NCBI GenBank assembly: GCA_963708025.1
Contig: CAVPSB010000044.1
Span: forward strand, 64,001 to 128,000
Origin: an uncultured Candidatus Rokubacteria bacterium
GTDB taxonomy: Bacteria > Methylomirabilota > Methylomirabilia > Rokubacteriales > DASRDR01
Direction of reading: 5' to 3'
Length of the DNA stretch: 64,000 bases
Shown here: piece after piece, positions 1 through 11,105 of the stretch
Layout of the letters: every line of letters starts with the position of its first letter
Position numbering within the stretch: position 1 is the stretch's first letter
The notes under the pieces: generated by a model
What the model saw: the letters and a program-made list of their open reading frames with translations, nothing else
The model's database searches: none
What the model was told of the DNA's origin: nothing
Translations under genes and position numbers: made by a program

Positions 1-704
1 TGCCGGCGCACCTCGCCCGGGATCGCCTCCCGTTCCGAGCCGGCGACGCCGGTGAGGACCAGGAGCTGGGCTCGACCGAGTGCCGCCGGCGGCTCCCGGA
101 GGCTCCCGCGCGGGAGGAGGCCCCGGTGACCCCAGGGCGCGCGCGCGTCCAGGCAGACGATGTCCACGTCGGTGGCGAGCCCGCGCTGCTGGAAGCCGTC
201 GTCGAGGAGAAGGACGTCCGGGCCGAAGCGCGGCAGCGCCCAGGCGCCCGCCCGATAGCGGTCACGCCCGACGACGACCGGGACGCCGGCCAGCCGGCGG
301 GCGAGGAGAACCGGCTCGTCGCCCGCATCCCGGGGGGACAGGAGGACCTGGCGCCCGTCCGACACCAGAAGGACGTCCCCGGCTCCGCGGCGGCCGTAGC
401 CCCGACTCAGGATCACGACGCGACGGCCCCGGGCCGTCAGCTCGCGCGCGAGCCACTCCACCAGGGGGGTCTTCCCGGTGCCGCCGACCGTGAGGTTGCC
501 GACGGCCACCACGTGGCACGGCAGGCGCCGTGTTCGGAGGACGCCGACCGCGTATGCCGCCCGGTGGAGGGTAAGCCCGCCACGATACGCGACGGCGGCC
601 CCGGCCAGCAGCGCGTCCCACGGGGCGGGCAGGCCTTCCCGCCACGCGCGGAGGAGGCGGGCCCGGCGAGTCGGGGTCAATATCGACACCTCCCACCTAC
701 CCAT
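1..704 (-). CDS. lpxK: Tetraacyldisaccharide 4'-kinase (5' part; runs off window start)
   Basis: Manual translation gives LPCHVVAVGNLTVGGTGKTPLVEWL, the LpxK P-loop. In-frame ATG at 704 and TTG at 680, each preceded by GGGAGG. Not in the ORF track because it is truncated. Confidence 0.93.
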   Translation of the reverse strand, partial: MGRWEVSILTPTRRARLLRAWREGLPAPWDALLAGAAVAYRGGLTLHRAAYAVGVLRTRRLPCHVVAVGNLTVGGTGKTPLVEWLARELTARGRRVVILSRGYGRRGAGDVLLVSDGRQVLLSPRDAGDEPVLLARRLAGVPVVVGRDRYRAGAWALPRFGPDVLLLDDGFQQRGLATDVDIVCLDARAPWGHRGLLPRGSLREPPAALGRAQLLVLTGVAGSEREAIPGEVRR

Positions 705-794
705 CGGGACCTCCCGCCTACCCCCCCCGCCCCCCTCCCCCACGGCGAGACGGCCTCCGGCCTTTGGCCGGGGGGGAGGGGGGAGCCGGAGCCC
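704..794. repeat. Family C element, copy 1
   Basis: TCGGGACCTCCCGCCTACCC plus C-run/G-run hairpin plus CGGAGCCC; upstream of lpxK. Confidence 0.8.
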
Positions 795-859
795 GCGGCG
801 GCATCACACACGGTCCTCTGGGGAGAGGGAACGCTGGACGAACCGATTGCATCACCCTC

Positions 860-2143
860 TCACGACGGATCGCCGGCGCTTCCCTCCGGGTGGAGGAGCG
901 CCTCCAGGGCCTCGATCGTCCGGGCGCAGGCACCCTGGTGGGCCCGCACCGCCGTCCACGCGGCCTCGCCCAGCCGCTGGCGCGCCCCGGGGTCCCCGAG
1001 GAGCGTCCGAAGCGTCGGGGCCAGCTCCGCGGCGTCCCGGAGCTGGATGCCGGCGCCGGCCTTCAAGAGCAGGGTGGCCGCGTCGCGGAAGTTCCCCATG
1101 TAGGGCCCGAAGACGACGGGCTTGGCGTGCAGTGCCGGCTCGATCACGTTGTGGCCGCCGATCGGCACCAGGCTCCCACCGACGAAGATGACGTCGGCCA
1201 CCGCGTACAGGGCAGCCAGCTCACCGACCGTGTCGAGGAGGATCACGTCGCTCGGCGCGGCGCCGGCGAGCCGGCTCCGCCGGACCGGCGCGAATCCCCG
1301 CTCGCGCGCCAGCGCCTCGACCTCGTCGACCCGCTCCGGATGGCGCGGGGCCAGGATGAGACAGAGCGCCTCCCCGCCCCGCCGCAGCTCGCCGAAGGCG
1401 TCGAGGACCGTCGCCTCCTCTCCCCGGTGGGTGCTCCCCGCGATCCAGATGCGCTCCGTGCCGAGATGAAGGAGATTCCGCCACAGGCGGTCGGCGCCCG
1501 CCTCGCCGTGCGGCGCTTCCATCTTGAGGTTCCCCGTCACCACCACGCGGTCGGGTCGCGCGCCGAGGGCGATGATCCGGCGGGCGTCTTCCTCGGACTG
1601 CATGGCACAAAGGGCCACATGATCGAGCACGCGGCGAAAGAGTCGCCGGACCCGCAGGTAGCGCCGGAACGAGCGATCCGAGATCCGCCCGTTGGCGAGC
1701 ACGGCCGGCACCCCGCCGGTGTGCAGCGCCCGCAGGAGGTTTGGCCACAGCTCGGTCTCCAGCGCGATGAAGCAGCGGGGCCGGACACGCCGGACGGCGC
1801 GCCGCATCGCGCCGCCCAGGTCCAGCGGGAAGACGAACGCCGCCGCCGCGTCGGAGAGGCGCGCGCGGGCCACCCGGTCCCCGGTCGCGGTCACGGTGGA
1901 GAGCACGACCTCCACATTGGGCCAGCGCCGGCGGAGGGCGTGGACGAGAGGGACGGCCGCCATCACCTCTCCCACCGAGACGGCATGGACCCAGAAGCGC
2001 TGCGGGCCCGGCGCCAGCGGCACGAAGCCGAATCGCTCGGCGAGCGCCAGCGGATAGCCGCCCCGCCACACCTTCCGGACCAGGAAGACTGGCAGGTAGC
2101 CGAGACCCAGCAGCGTGAGACCGGCGCTATAGAGCGCGTACAC
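860..2143 (-). CDS. waaA: Kdo transferase
   Basis: WVHAVSVGE, ETELWPN, GNLK, IAGSTH, APRHPER and GGHNVIEPA motifs. Confidence 0.96.
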   Translation of the reverse strand: MYALYSAGLTLLGLGYLPVFLVRKVWRGGYPLALAERFGFVPLAPGPQRFWVHAVSVGEVMAAVPLVHALRRRWPNVEVVLSTVTATGDRVARARLSDAAAAFVFPLDLGGAMRRAVRRVRPRCFIALETELWPNLLRALHTGGVPAVLANGRISDRSFRRYLRVRRLFRRVLDHVALCAMQSEEDARRIIALGARPDRVVVTGNLKMEAPHGEAGADRLWRNLLHLGTERIWIAGSTHRGEEATVLDAFGELRRGGEALCLILAPRHPERVDEVEALARERGFAPVRRSRLAGAAPSDVILLDTVGELAALYAVADVIFVGGSLVPIGGHNVIEPALHAKPVVFGPYMGNFRDAATLLLKAGAGIQLRDAAELAPTLRTLLGDPGARQRLGEAAWTAVRAHQGACARTIEALEALLHPEGSAGDPS

Positions 2144-2900
2144 GGCAGACGCCGGCCAAGCGGTCGGCCTCGGTGGTGAGACGGTGGAGGGACTCCTCGA
2201 GGCGACGGCGGCAGGCCTCGATGGTCTCCCGGTCGGCGTCCTCCGGCACCACCAGCGGATCGCCGAAGACCACCACGACGCGGGCGAACGGGTGCGGGAC
2301 GACGAAGGCGTCCCAGGAGCCGAGGACCGTGCTCCGCGACACCCCCAAGCCTACCGGGATGATCGGCGCCCGACCGAGCTTGGCCAGCAGCACGGCACCC
2401 GGCTGCGCCACGTACCGGGGGCCGCGGGGACCGTCGGAGGCCACCGCCACCTCGGCGCTCTCGTCCCGGAGGAGGCGGGCCAGAGCCCGGAGCGCCGTGG
2501 ACGCGCCGCGCGAGGACGAGCCGCGCACGACGCGAAAGCCGAAGGCGCCGGCGAAGCGGCTCATCAGCTCGCCGTCGCGCGATCGGCTCGCCAGCATGTA
2601 GACGGAGCGCCGCCGCCCGTAGAAGTACGGGAACATCAGCAACCGGCCGTGCCAGACCGCGTAGACCACGGGGGCTCCGGCGGCCCACAGCCGGTCGATG
2701 GTCTCGCGGTTCGCCTCGGTCAGACGGAGGGTCGCCCCGAGGAGCCGGACCGCGCGAATGCCGAGGGCCAAGCTCACACCCAGCGTGAGTCGCTCGCGCC
2801 AGCTGAGGGGCCGCCCAGCGGTCGGCAGGGCCCGGCGCCCCCGTCGGGCCGCAGCGCTCGTCACCACCTCACCCGATCGTCGGTCCTCACCCCCGCTCAT
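2127..2900 (-). CDS. DUF374 / lysophospholipid acyltransferase-family protein
   Basis: WHGR, SRSRDGE, VRGSSSRG and DGPRGP motifs, typical neighbour of waaA. The longer ORF start lies inside a repeat, so the start is uncertain. Confidence 0.85.
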   Translation of the reverse strand: MSGGEDRRSGEVVTSAAARRGRRALPTAGRPLSWRERLTLGVSLALGIRAVRLLGATLRLTEANRETIDRLWAAGAPVVYAVWHGRLLMFPYFYGRRRSVYMLASRSRDGELMSRFAGAFGFRVVRGSSSRGASTALRALARLLRDESAEVAVASDGPRGPRYVAQPGAVLLAKLGRAPIIPVGLGVSRSTVLGSWDAFVVPHPFARVVVVFGDPLVVPEDADRETIEACRRRLEESLHRLTTEADRLAGVCRVRAL

Positions 2901-2977
2901 GACCGCTCGCCACCAGGTGTTCGACTCCAGGGTCCTCGAAGCGCCGACGACGTGGCCGCTGAGTTCAAGTTCGCAGG

Positions 2978-3118
2978 GCAGGGCCGAGGAGCGAGCAGCG
3001 CTAGGACGCAGGGCGTCGCCGACCGCAGGCGTATGCCGCATACGCCGAGGATGGGCGACGACCCCAGAGGCCGAAGGCCGTCCGATCGACGACGCGATGC
3101 GAAGCTCATCGGCCCTGC
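2978..3118. repeat. Family A palindromic element, copy 1
   Basis: Terminal IR GCAGGGCCGA / TCGGCCCTGC; near-identical to 27022 and 61525; contains the lpxB stop. Confidence 0.92.
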
Positions 3119-4251
3119 GCGCTCTCCCGCAGCACCGCCCGGGCCGCGCGCTCTATCGCGCCGCTGGGTCCCAGCCGCGCCCGCACGTCCCGGAGCGCCG
3201 CGCGCTGGGCGACCCGGGCCGCGTCGTCCTGCAGGAGGCCGAGCGCGACCTCGGCGAGGCGGGCGGGCGTGGCCCGGCCCTGGATCAGCTCTGGCACCGC
3301 AGCCCGTCCGGCGATGATGTTGGGGAGGCTGATCGCCGACACCCCACGCACGAGCACGCGGGCCAGCGCGTAAGTCAGGGTCGACAGCCGGTAGAGGACG
3401 ACCATCGGTGTCCCGTAGCAGGCGGCCTCGAGCGTCGCGGTGCCGGAGGCGACGAGGAGGAGGTCGGCCGCGGCCATCACCCGATGGGCCTGGCCGTCGA
3501 GGACGGACACGCCCAGCCCCGACGCCTCCACCGGCCCCGCCACCGCCGCGGTCGGGATCGTGGAGGCTCGGGGCAGGACGAAGCGAGCCCGGGGCAGCTC
3601 CCGGCGGATGTGGGTGGCGGCGCCCAGCAGCACCGGCAGGTGGCGGCGGACCTCCTCGGCGCGGCTGCCCGGCAGGAGCCCGATCAGGAGAGCCCGCTTG
3701 CCGCCGAGGCCGCGCCGGGCCTCGGCACGCTCGAGGACCGGCAGCTCGTCGAGCAGCGGATGCCCGACGAACTCCACCGGGACTCCGGCCTCCTGGTAGA
3801 GCGGGACCTCGAACGGGAAGACCGCGAGCACGCGGGAGACGTCGCGAGCCATGCTCCGCACCCGCCCCGGTCGCCACGCCCACACCTGGGGCGCCATGAA
3901 GTACACGACCGGGATGCCGAGGATCCGGGCCCGGCGCGCCAGCCGCAGGTTGAACTCCGGGAAGTCGATGGGGACCAGCACCCTCGGGCGATCGGTCGCG
4001 AGGCACCGGGCCAGATCGCGGAAGATTCTCCAGAGCGCCGGGAGCCGGCCCAGCACCTCGGTCCCCCCGACCACCGCCGCCCGCTCGATGCCGTGGAGGA
4101 TCCGCACGCCGGCGGCTTCCATCCCGGCGCCGCCCATGCCGGCCAGCGCGAGACCCGGCGCCAGGCCGGTGAGCGCGCGGGCGAGCGTGGCGCCGTGGAG
4201 ATCGCCGGAGGCTTCCCCGGCGACGAGGAGCACGTCAATCGGTCGCGCCAC
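3106..4251 (-). CDS. lpxB: Lipid-A-disaccharide synthase
   Basis: VAGEASGDLHG, IDFPEFN, PQVWAWR, FVGHPL, LPGSR and SGTATLE motifs. Confidence 0.96.
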   Translation of the reverse strand: MARPIDVLLVAGEASGDLHGATLARALTGLAPGLALAGMGGAGMEAAGVRILHGIERAAVVGGTEVLGRLPALWRIFRDLARCLATDRPRVLVPIDFPEFNLRLARRARILGIPVVYFMAPQVWAWRPGRVRSMARDVSRVLAVFPFEVPLYQEAGVPVEFVGHPLLDELPVLERAEARRGLGGKRALLIGLLPGSRAEEVRRHLPVLLGAATHIRRELPRARFVLPRASTIPTAAVAGPVEASGLGVSVLDGQAHRVMAAADLLLVASGTATLEAACYGTPMVVLYRLSTLTYALARVLVRGVSAISLPNIIAGRAAVPELIQGRATPARLAEVALGLLQDDAARVAQRAALRDVRARLGPSGAIERAARAVLRESAQGR

Positions 4252-5053
4252 CCCCGGCGACCCCGACAATGCTGATGCCCGCCTGCTCCGCGTGAGCGGC
4301 GATCACATCCCGGTCCAGGAGCAGCACGCGGCCGGCTTCCACGGCCACCGCGGCGGCCCGCCCCTCGGCGCAGAGGGCGAGAGTGGCGGCGCCGACGGCG
4401 GGCACGTCGAACCGGTAGTCGTGACCCGGGGCGGTGGCCTTCGCCACGACCGCGCCGGGCCCGGCCAGCCGGAGGCCCCGCCGAATGGCCTCGTCCGTCC
4501 CCTCCATGGCCTCGACGGCGGCCACGGAGCCGGCGCGGACAACGACGGTCTGGCCGATCCCCAGGCGGGCCAGCTCGCGAGCCACTGCGAGGGCGCGTCC
4601 GATGTCGCTCCAGACGGCGTCCGCCGGGGACGGCCCCGCCACCAGCCCGGGCGGAGCCAGCCACGGCTCGAGGAAGCGACGCTGGTCGAGCAGCTCGATG
4701 CCCAGCTCGGCGAGCGCCGAGGTCGCCGTGCGCAGGAGGGCCTCGTCGGTCCAGTCCGGGCTCCGGTCCACCAGCGCCCGCGCGGTCGCGTCGATTGCCA
4801 TTCCCTGGAACAGGCCGTCCTTGCTGAGACCACCGGCGAGCACGACGTGGCGGATGCGCTCCCCGGTCAGGACGTCGAAGATCGGGCCAACCTCCCCCAG
4901 GTGGACCGGCACCACCCGGTCCGCCGCGTCCCGGAGCGGGCCCGGCTCGCTGAGCGCGAAGGCGACGACCCGCCAGCCGGCCCGCCGCGCCTCCCGGGCC
5001 ATCAGGGCGGGCAGGCCGCCGGCCCCGCCGACCAGCCCGAGGCTATCCGACAT
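4235..5053 (-). CDS. lpxI: UDP-2,3-diacylglucosamine hydrolase LpxI
   Basis: GLVGGAGGLP, IGQTVVV, AVEAMEGTD and RFDVPAVG motifs; lipid A context. Confidence 0.9.
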   Translation of the reverse strand: MSDSLGLVGGAGGLPALMAREARRAGWRVVAFALSEPGPLRDAADRVVPVHLGEVGPIFDVLTGERIRHVVLAGGLSKDGLFQGMAIDATARALVDRSPDWTDEALLRTATSALAELGIELLDQRRFLEPWLAPPGLVAGPSPADAVWSDIGRALAVARELARLGIGQTVVVRAGSVAAVEAMEGTDEAIRRGLRLAGPGAVVAKATAPGHDYRFDVPAVGAATLALCAEGRAAAVAVEAGRVLLLDRDVIAAHAEQAGISIVGVAGGGATD

Positions 5054-5110
5054 GGTCCTGTCCGAGCCGACACGGCAGCCGGCCGGACGTGGTACCGGGC
5101 CACCCCCCGC

Positions 5111-6115
5111 TCATCGCGGCGGCCACCGCAAGTGCGGCTGCCCCCCGGCCAGCATCTCCTCGATCGCCAGGGCGACCCCGAGCGACCGCACGTCGTCGTG
5201 CTCGCTGAGGTCCACCCGGCCGGTCCGTTGGCGCTCGCGGACGGCGGTGAGGAGGTGGAGGATCTCCAGCTTGAGCGGGTTCTCCTTGTGGACGAACAGG
5301 TGCTCCACCAGGGACTCCTGGCGGTAACGGATGGATTCGCGGTTCAGGATGTACTCGGAGGCTGCCCGCCGATGGATCTGGATGTCCTGGTCGGTGTAGT
5401 TGAGGAAGATGTAGGCGTCCGGCTGGGTGATGGCCAGGGTGCGGATCTTCTGCTCGGTGGCCCGGCTGCCGGTGATGATGGCCAGGGCGCCGTTCTCGAA
5501 GACGATCTGCACGTTCGCGACGTCGGGCCGATCCGAGTGGACCCGGACCCCGGTGACCATGATCTCCCGGATCTCGGCGTCGACGAGGCCAAGCACGATG
5601 TCGATGTCGTGGATCATGAGGTCCATGATCACCGTGTCGTGCTGAACGCGGGGAACGAACGGCCCCAGGCGGCGGGACTCCACGAGGATCGGGCTGACGA
5701 CGATCTTTCGCAGCTCCTGCACCGCCCCGTTGAAGCGCTCCACGTGGCCGACATGCAGCACGACGTTCTGCTCCCGGGCGATGCGGAACAGCTCCCAGGC
5801 CTCTTCGAGCGTCGGCGTTAGAGGTTTCTCGACGAGGACGTGGATCCCTGCCTCCATGAACTCCCGGGCGATCGGGAAGTGGAGCGGCGTCGGCACCGCG
5901 ATGGACACGACGTCCACCTTGCCGAAGAGATCGCGGTAGTCGCTGAAGGCCTGCGTGTCGTACTGGGCGGCCAGCCGGGTGACGGTGGCCGCGTCGACGT
6001 CCATCAGACCGACCAGGTCGACGTCCCACAGTTCCGCGTAGACCAGGATGTGGTACTGCCCCATGTGCCCGGCGCCCACGACTCCGGCGCGGATCCGCTT
6101 CTGTTCTCTTTTCAC
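5111..6115 (-). CDS. Gfo/Idh/MocA oxidoreductase (GnnA-like position)
   Basis: GVVGAGHMG, HVLVEKP, GHVERFN and DLMIHDID motifs. Confidence 0.9.
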   Translation of the reverse strand: MKREQKRIRAGVVGAGHMGQYHILVYAELWDVDLVGLMDVDAATVTRLAAQYDTQAFSDYRDLFGKVDVVSIAVPTPLHFPIAREFMEAGIHVLVEKPLTPTLEEAWELFRIAREQNVVLHVGHVERFNGAVQELRKIVVSPILVESRRLGPFVPRVQHDTVIMDLMIHDIDIVLGLVDAEIREIMVTGVRVHSDRPDVANVQIVFENGALAIITGSRATEQKIRTLAITQPDAYIFLNYTDQDIQIHRRAASEYILNRESIRYRQESLVEHLFVHKENPLKLEILHLLTAVRERQRTGRVDLSEHDDVRSLGVALAIEEMLAGGQPHLRWPPR

Positions 6116-6151
6116 GCTCGCCAGTCTCCCAAGCGATGGGTCGTTGGCGGC

Positions 6152-6940
6152 CTAACAGATGCCGCGTTTGGACGAGGCGATGAACTCGACGAGGTGGTCG
6201 ATGTACGGCGAGGGCCCCAGCTCCGTCCGGATGCGCTCGAGAGCCTGGGCCGGGGTGTGCCCCGAGCGATAGAGGAGCTTGTACGCCCGCTGCAGCTCGA
6301 GCCGGGCCGGGGCCTCGACGCCGGCGCGCCGGAGACCCACGATGTTGACACCCCGCACCTTGGATGGGTTCCCCTCCACGATGAAGTACGGCGGCACGTC
6401 CTGGGACAGCCGCGTGCAGCCGCCCACCAGGGCAAGGGTGCCGATTCGCCCGAACTGGTGGATGGACGACAGGCCCGAGATGAAGGCTCGGTCCCCGACC
6501 TCGACGAATCCGGTCAGGCCCGAGTAGCTGGTCAGCACCACCCCGTTGCCGACCCGGCAGTCGTGGGCCACGTGCGAGGTGGCCATGAAGAAGCACCCGT
6601 CGCCGATGACGGTCCAGCCCTCCTCCAGCGACGAGCGGTGGATCGTGACGTACTCCCGGATCAGGGTGTCGGCGCCGATCCGCACCCCCGACGGGGTGCC
6701 CGGCTTCCACTTGACGTCCTGGGGAGGATAGCCGACCACCGCCCCAGCGAAGATCCGGCACCGCGGCCCGACCTCCAGCTGGCCTTCGAGCACCGCGTGG
6801 GGGCCGACCTCGGTGCCCTCGCCGAGCCGGACACCCTCGCCGATCACCGCGTAGGGGCCGATGCGGACGCCGGGGCCGAGCTCGGTCTTGGGATGGACGA
6901 TGGCGGTGGGATGGATCTCGTGCGCGATCTCCCCGGACAT
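6152..6940 (-). CDS. lpxA: UDP-N-acetylglucosamine acyltransferase
   Basis: IHPTAIV, hexapeptide repeats, REYVTIHR, HVAHDC, DVPPY and NIVGLRR. ATG at 6940 overlaps the lpxD stop. Confidence 0.94.
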   Translation of the reverse strand: MSGEIAHEIHPTAIVHPKTELGPGVRIGPYAVIGEGVRLGEGTEVGPHAVLEGQLEVGPRCRIFAGAVVGYPPQDVKWKPGTPSGVRIGADTLIREYVTIHRSSLEEGWTVIGDGCFFMATSHVAHDCRVGNGVVLTSYSGLTGFVEVGDRAFISGLSSIHQFGRIGTLALVGGCTRLSQDVPPYFIVEGNPSKVRGVNIVGLRRAGVEAPARLELQRAYKLLYRSGHTPAQALERIRTELGPSPYIDHLVEFIASSKRGIC

Positions 6941-7992
6941 CAGCGCCCTTCCTGCTCCAGGCGCCGGGCCAGGTCGTCGATCCGCTGCGAGAGCCGGCGG
7001 ACGGCCCGAAGCACCTCGGGCAGCCGCGGAAAGGCGGCCATGCTCCGGCGGGCCTCGGCAACAGGGATGGCGGGCGCGCCGAGCATCGTGGCACCCGGCG
7101 GCACGTCCCGGTGCACGCCCGACTGGGCGCCGATCTGCGCCCCGTCGCCGATGGTCACGTGATCCGCGACGCCGACCTGACCGGCGAGGACCACCCGGCT
7201 CCCGACCCGACACGATCCGGAGATGCCCGTCTGCGCCACGATGATGGTGTCCGCGCCAACCACGGTATTATGGCCGATCTGCACGAGGTTGTCGATCTTC
7301 GTCCCGCGCCCGATGACCGTCTCGCCCAGCATGGCGCGGTCGATGGCCACGTTCGCGCCGATCTCGACGTCGTCCTCGACGACGACCCGGCCGACCTGCG
7401 GGATCTTCTGGTGGCGGGCGCCGTCGAAGAGATAGCCGAAGCCATCGGCCCCGAGGACGCTCCCGGCGTGGATTACCACGCGGCGACCAACCTCCACGTC
7501 CCCGTGGAGGACGACGTGCGCGTGGAGGACGCTGCCCTCCCCCACCCGGCAGCGCGGCCCGACCACCACGTGGGGGTGGAGGACGGCGCCCGCCCCCACG
7601 ACGCTGCCCGCGGCCACCACGACGTAGGCCATGATCGTGGCGTCGGCGGCGACCTCGGCCGACTCGGCCACCACGGCCGTTGGATGCACGCCCGGGGTGG
7701 GCGCCGGCTCGGGATGAAAGACGCGAAGGAGCCGGGCCACGGCCGCGATGGGATGGCCGACCCGGACGATGGCCTTCCCGGGCAGCTCGAGGTCGGGCGG
7801 TGCCAGGAACGCGGAGGCCGCGCTCTGCTCGGCCGCCGCCTGGTGCTTGGGCCCGGTCACGAAGGAGAGGTCGCCGGGCCCGGCCTGCTCGAGGCTGGCC
7901 AGACCGCGAATCGGCGTCGCCGGATCGCCGGTCAGCTCGCCCTCCACCAGCCGGGCCAGCTCGCCGAGCGAGCGCGTGCCCACGCCCTGCAT
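6940..7992 (-). CDS. lpxD: UDP-3-O-acylglucosamine N-acyltransferase
   Basis: [23 protein letters not shown] and [11 protein letters not shown] motifs. Confidence 0.96.
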   Translation of the reverse strand: MQGVGTRSLGELARLVEGELTGDPATPIRGLASLEQAGPGDLSFVTGPKHQAAAEQSAASAFLAPPDLELPGKAIVRVGHPIAAVARLLRVFHPEPAPTPGVHPTAVVAESAEVAADATIMAYVVVAAGSVVGAGAVLHPHVVVGPRCRVGEGSVLHAHVVLHGDVEVGRRVVIHAGSVLGADGFGYLFDGARHQKIPQVGRVVVEDDVEIGANVAIDRAMLGETVIGRGTKIDNLVQIGHNTVVGADTIIVAQTGISGSCRVGSRVVLAGQVGVADHVTIGDGAQIGAQSGVHRDVPPGATMLGAPAIPVAEARRSMAAFPRLPEVLRAVRRLSQRIDDLARRLEQEGR

Positions 7993-8013
7993 GACGGCGC
8001 CCGCGGCCCCCCC

Positions 8014-8544
8014 CTACGGTTTCTTGGCCTTCATCTGGTCGTAGAGCTTGATGATGTCCTCGGTGATGTCGGCCTCGACGTCGCCGTAGATGACGCTGGC
8101 GCCCCGCTTCTCGAGGATCAGGAGGTAGCCGCGCTCCTTCCCGATCTGCTCGATGACCCCGGTCAGCTCCTGCAGGATCCGGCCGGTCGCCCCCTGCTCC
8201 TTCTTCTCCAGCTCTTTCTGGAAATCGTCCACCAGGCGGCGGAGGTCCCGCACCTTGCGCTGGAGCGTCTCGTCCTTCTCGCGCTTGGCCTCCGACGACA
8301 GCACCAGCCCCTTCTTCTCGAGCTCCTCCCGCAGCTTGTCGACCTCGACCCGGCGTGTGTCGACGTCCTTTTGCATGGCGGCCTTCTCGCGCTCGAGCTG
8401 TTCCCGGGCCGCCACGCCGGCCACCGACCGGACCAGGACCTTCTGGATGTCCACGAAGCCGATCTTCGACGCGGCCTCCGCGCCGACTCCCAGCAGCAGG
8501 AGCACCACCGCGCCGATCCCCCCCAGCACGCTCACCATCCTCAT
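8014..8544 (-). CDS. skp: OmpH/Skp periplasmic chaperone
   Basis: Signal peptide, KIGFVDIQKV, coiled coil and DITEDII; lies between bamA and lpxD; GAGG upstream of ATG 8544. Confidence 0.9.
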   Translation of the reverse strand: MRMVSVLGGIGAVVLLLLGVGAEAASKIGFVDIQKVLVRSVAGVAAREQLEREKAAMQKDVDTRRVEVDKLREELEKKGLVLSSEAKREKDETLQRKVRDLRRLVDDFQKELEKKEQGATGRILQELTGVIEQIGKERGYLLILEKRGASVIYGDVEADITEDIIKLYDQMKAKKP

Positions 8545-8698
8545 CGCCGCACCTCTCGTCACTGCGCCACGCGTCTGGTGGCGCTTCATTGCATGCCTCT
8601 CCACGCACTCCCAGCCGAAGCCCTTCGAGCGCGGGGTCTGCCCCGCGCACCCCCTCCCGGGGAAGGAATCGGAGGGGGCATCCGCCCGCCTCCGGAGA

Positions 8699-10973
8699 TC
8701 AAAATGGCGCACCGACCGCAAAGTGGATCTGGTAGGCCTTCTCGTCCGGCTCCCTATCGAGATTGTAGCCCAGGTCCAGGCGCAACGGCCCGAGCGGCGA
8801 GAAGAAGCGGAAGCCGATCCCCGCGCCCAGCCGCAGGTCCGTGGGATCGAAGTTCGTCCCGAAGCCGTAGGCGTTCCCGGCGTCGAAGAAGAAGGCCAGC
8901 CGGAAGCGCGGGAAGACCGGGATGAGCAGCTCCACGCTGAACAGGATCTCCGACGTGCCCCCGATGACCGCCCCGGTCGAGTCCTTGGGACCCACCGACC
9001 GCGTCCGCTGGCCCCGCAGGGTGGTGCCGCCGCCCAGGAAGAAGCGCTCGAAGATCGGGACCTCTTGGCCACCCCAGCCCTCGACGACGCCGGCCAGGGC
9101 GCGCGTTCCCAGCACCCAGTTGAAGATCGGCAGCGGGAAGAACCACGTCGAACTCGCCGACCACGCGGTAGTACTGGGTGTCCCCGCCCAGGCCGGCGAA
9201 GGCGAAGTCGAGGATGTTCCGGCTCCCGGTGGTGGGCTCGAAGTAGTTGTCGCGGGTGTCCCGGCTCAGCGAGAGCTCGATGACCGAGTTGAGCTTGGTC
9301 CCCAGCTCCTGCTTGAGGTCGTCGCTCGCCTCCTCGGAGACGTCGCTGATCGTCACGTTCTCCAGCCGGTAGCTGCCGGCCAGCGTGACGTACTCCGCCA
9401 GGGGGTAGGACGCCCGGATGTCGCCGCCGAGCCGCTCTTCCGTGAAGTCGGGGTATTCGCGCAGCCGGTCGTAGACGTCGAATCCGGCCCGGAGCGGGAT
9501 GTCGAGGAAGTAGGGGTCGGTGAACCCGACAAGGCCGAGTCGGCTCTGGGAGCCGATCCGGAAGCGCGCGAAGGCCTCGTAGCCGCGGCCGAACAGGTTC
9601 CGCTGGGTGACGTCGATGGTCGCGAAGACGTTGTCCAGGGAGCTGTAGCCGGCGCCGACGCTGAAGAGTCCGGTGGCCCGCTCCTTGACGTCGACGTTGA
9701 CGACCACCTTGTCGGGCGCCGTGCCCGGCTCGATCGAGACGTTCACCTCCTCGAAGTAGCCGAGGTTGAACAGCCGCTGCCGGCTGCGGACGAGCTTCTG
9801 GTTGGTGAACAGCTCCCCCTCGACCACCCGCAGCTCGCGACGGAGGATCTTCTCCGAGCTCTTGGTGTTGCCGGTGATGTTGATCCGCTCGACGTAGACC
9901 TCGGGCCCTTCCTTGATGTTGAGGCCGACCGTGACCCGGAGGGCGTCGGGGTCGACATCGGTGGCGGGCGTCACCTCGGCCCGGGCCCGGCCGATCTCGG
10001 AGTAGCGATCGGTGATGCTCCGGACCGACCCTCGCAGGAGGCTCCGGTTGAAGACGTCGCCCTCCTTGATGCGAATCAGGCGCTGCACGTCTTCGTTGGA
10101 CAGGATCTCGTTGCCCTTGAAGGTCACGGGCCCGGTGCGGAACTGGGGGCCCTCGACCAGCCGGGTGCGCAGGGTGACCTTGCCTCGCTCGAAGTTCGGG
10201 ATGATCTCGTGCGACTCGATCCGGGTCTGGAGGTAGCCGTTGTCGGCGTAGAGGTTGATGATCCGCTCGGCGTCCTCCTCGAAGACACGGCGGTGCACCT
10301 TGGAGAAGGGCAGGATGAACAGGATCCGCTCCTTGGTGAGCATCACGTCCTTGATCTGCTTGGCGGTGAGCGCCTGGTTCCCCTCGATGACGATCCGGTC
10401 GATGTACATCTTCCGGCCCTCGTCGATCCGGAAGACGACCCGGATGTCCCCCTCGGGCGTCCGCTCGGTCCGCGGGGAGATCGTCACCCCGAAGAAGCCT
10501 TCCTCCTCGTACTTCTGGCGGATCGTATCGACCGCCCGCTGCACCTCCACCGGGTTGTATAGGACGCCGACCCGCACCGCGGCGGCTTCCCGCAGCTCTT
10601 CCGTCTTCAGCCCCTGGTTCCCCTCGAAGCTGACCTCCCGGGCCAGCGGGCGCTCGACCACCACGAAGATGAGGCGGACGCCGCCCTCGAACTCCTCCAC
10701 CCGGACCTGGACGTCGTCGAAGAACCCCAGCGCGAAGATGGAGCGGACGTCCTCCCGGACGGCGCTCGGTGAGAAGGCGTCGCCGATCCGTGTCTGGACC
10801 CGGTTCACGATGACCGGGGACTGGATGCGGCGGTTGCCCTCGACGGCGATGTCGCGGACGGTGGGGGTGGCGGGGGTCGGGGGAGTCGGCCGTTCCTGGG
10901 CGTGGAGGAGGCCGGCCCAGCCGACCAGCATCAGGAGCCAGACGACGGAGAGGCGGTTCCCTCCGTAAGTCAC
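8699..10973 (-). CDS. bamA: Outer-membrane assembly factor BamA, with an apparent +1 insertion at about 9151
   Basis: POTRA repeats and barrel in ORF 8754..10973. The C-terminal barrel (ERFFLGG, LRG, SPLGP, terminal F) is in ORF 8699..9115. Removing one T restores GESTWFFPLPIFNWVL. Confidence 0.93.
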
Positions 10974-11105
10974 CGGGGCCCTCCCGTTTGCCCGGGGGAA
11001 CGCCTCGGCCGGCTGGCTTGGCGCCGAGGGCGCTCGGCTCCCGACAGCCTCCGGTGCCGCCCCTCCCGGCGAGCCCTCACCGGCCTCGCGGCACCGGGCG
11101 AGGAC

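Noticed and set aside
11051-11097. Hairpin CCGGTGCCGC/GCGGCACCGG after the clpC stop
   Set aside because: Single copy, no U-tract, and no similarity to families A-D.
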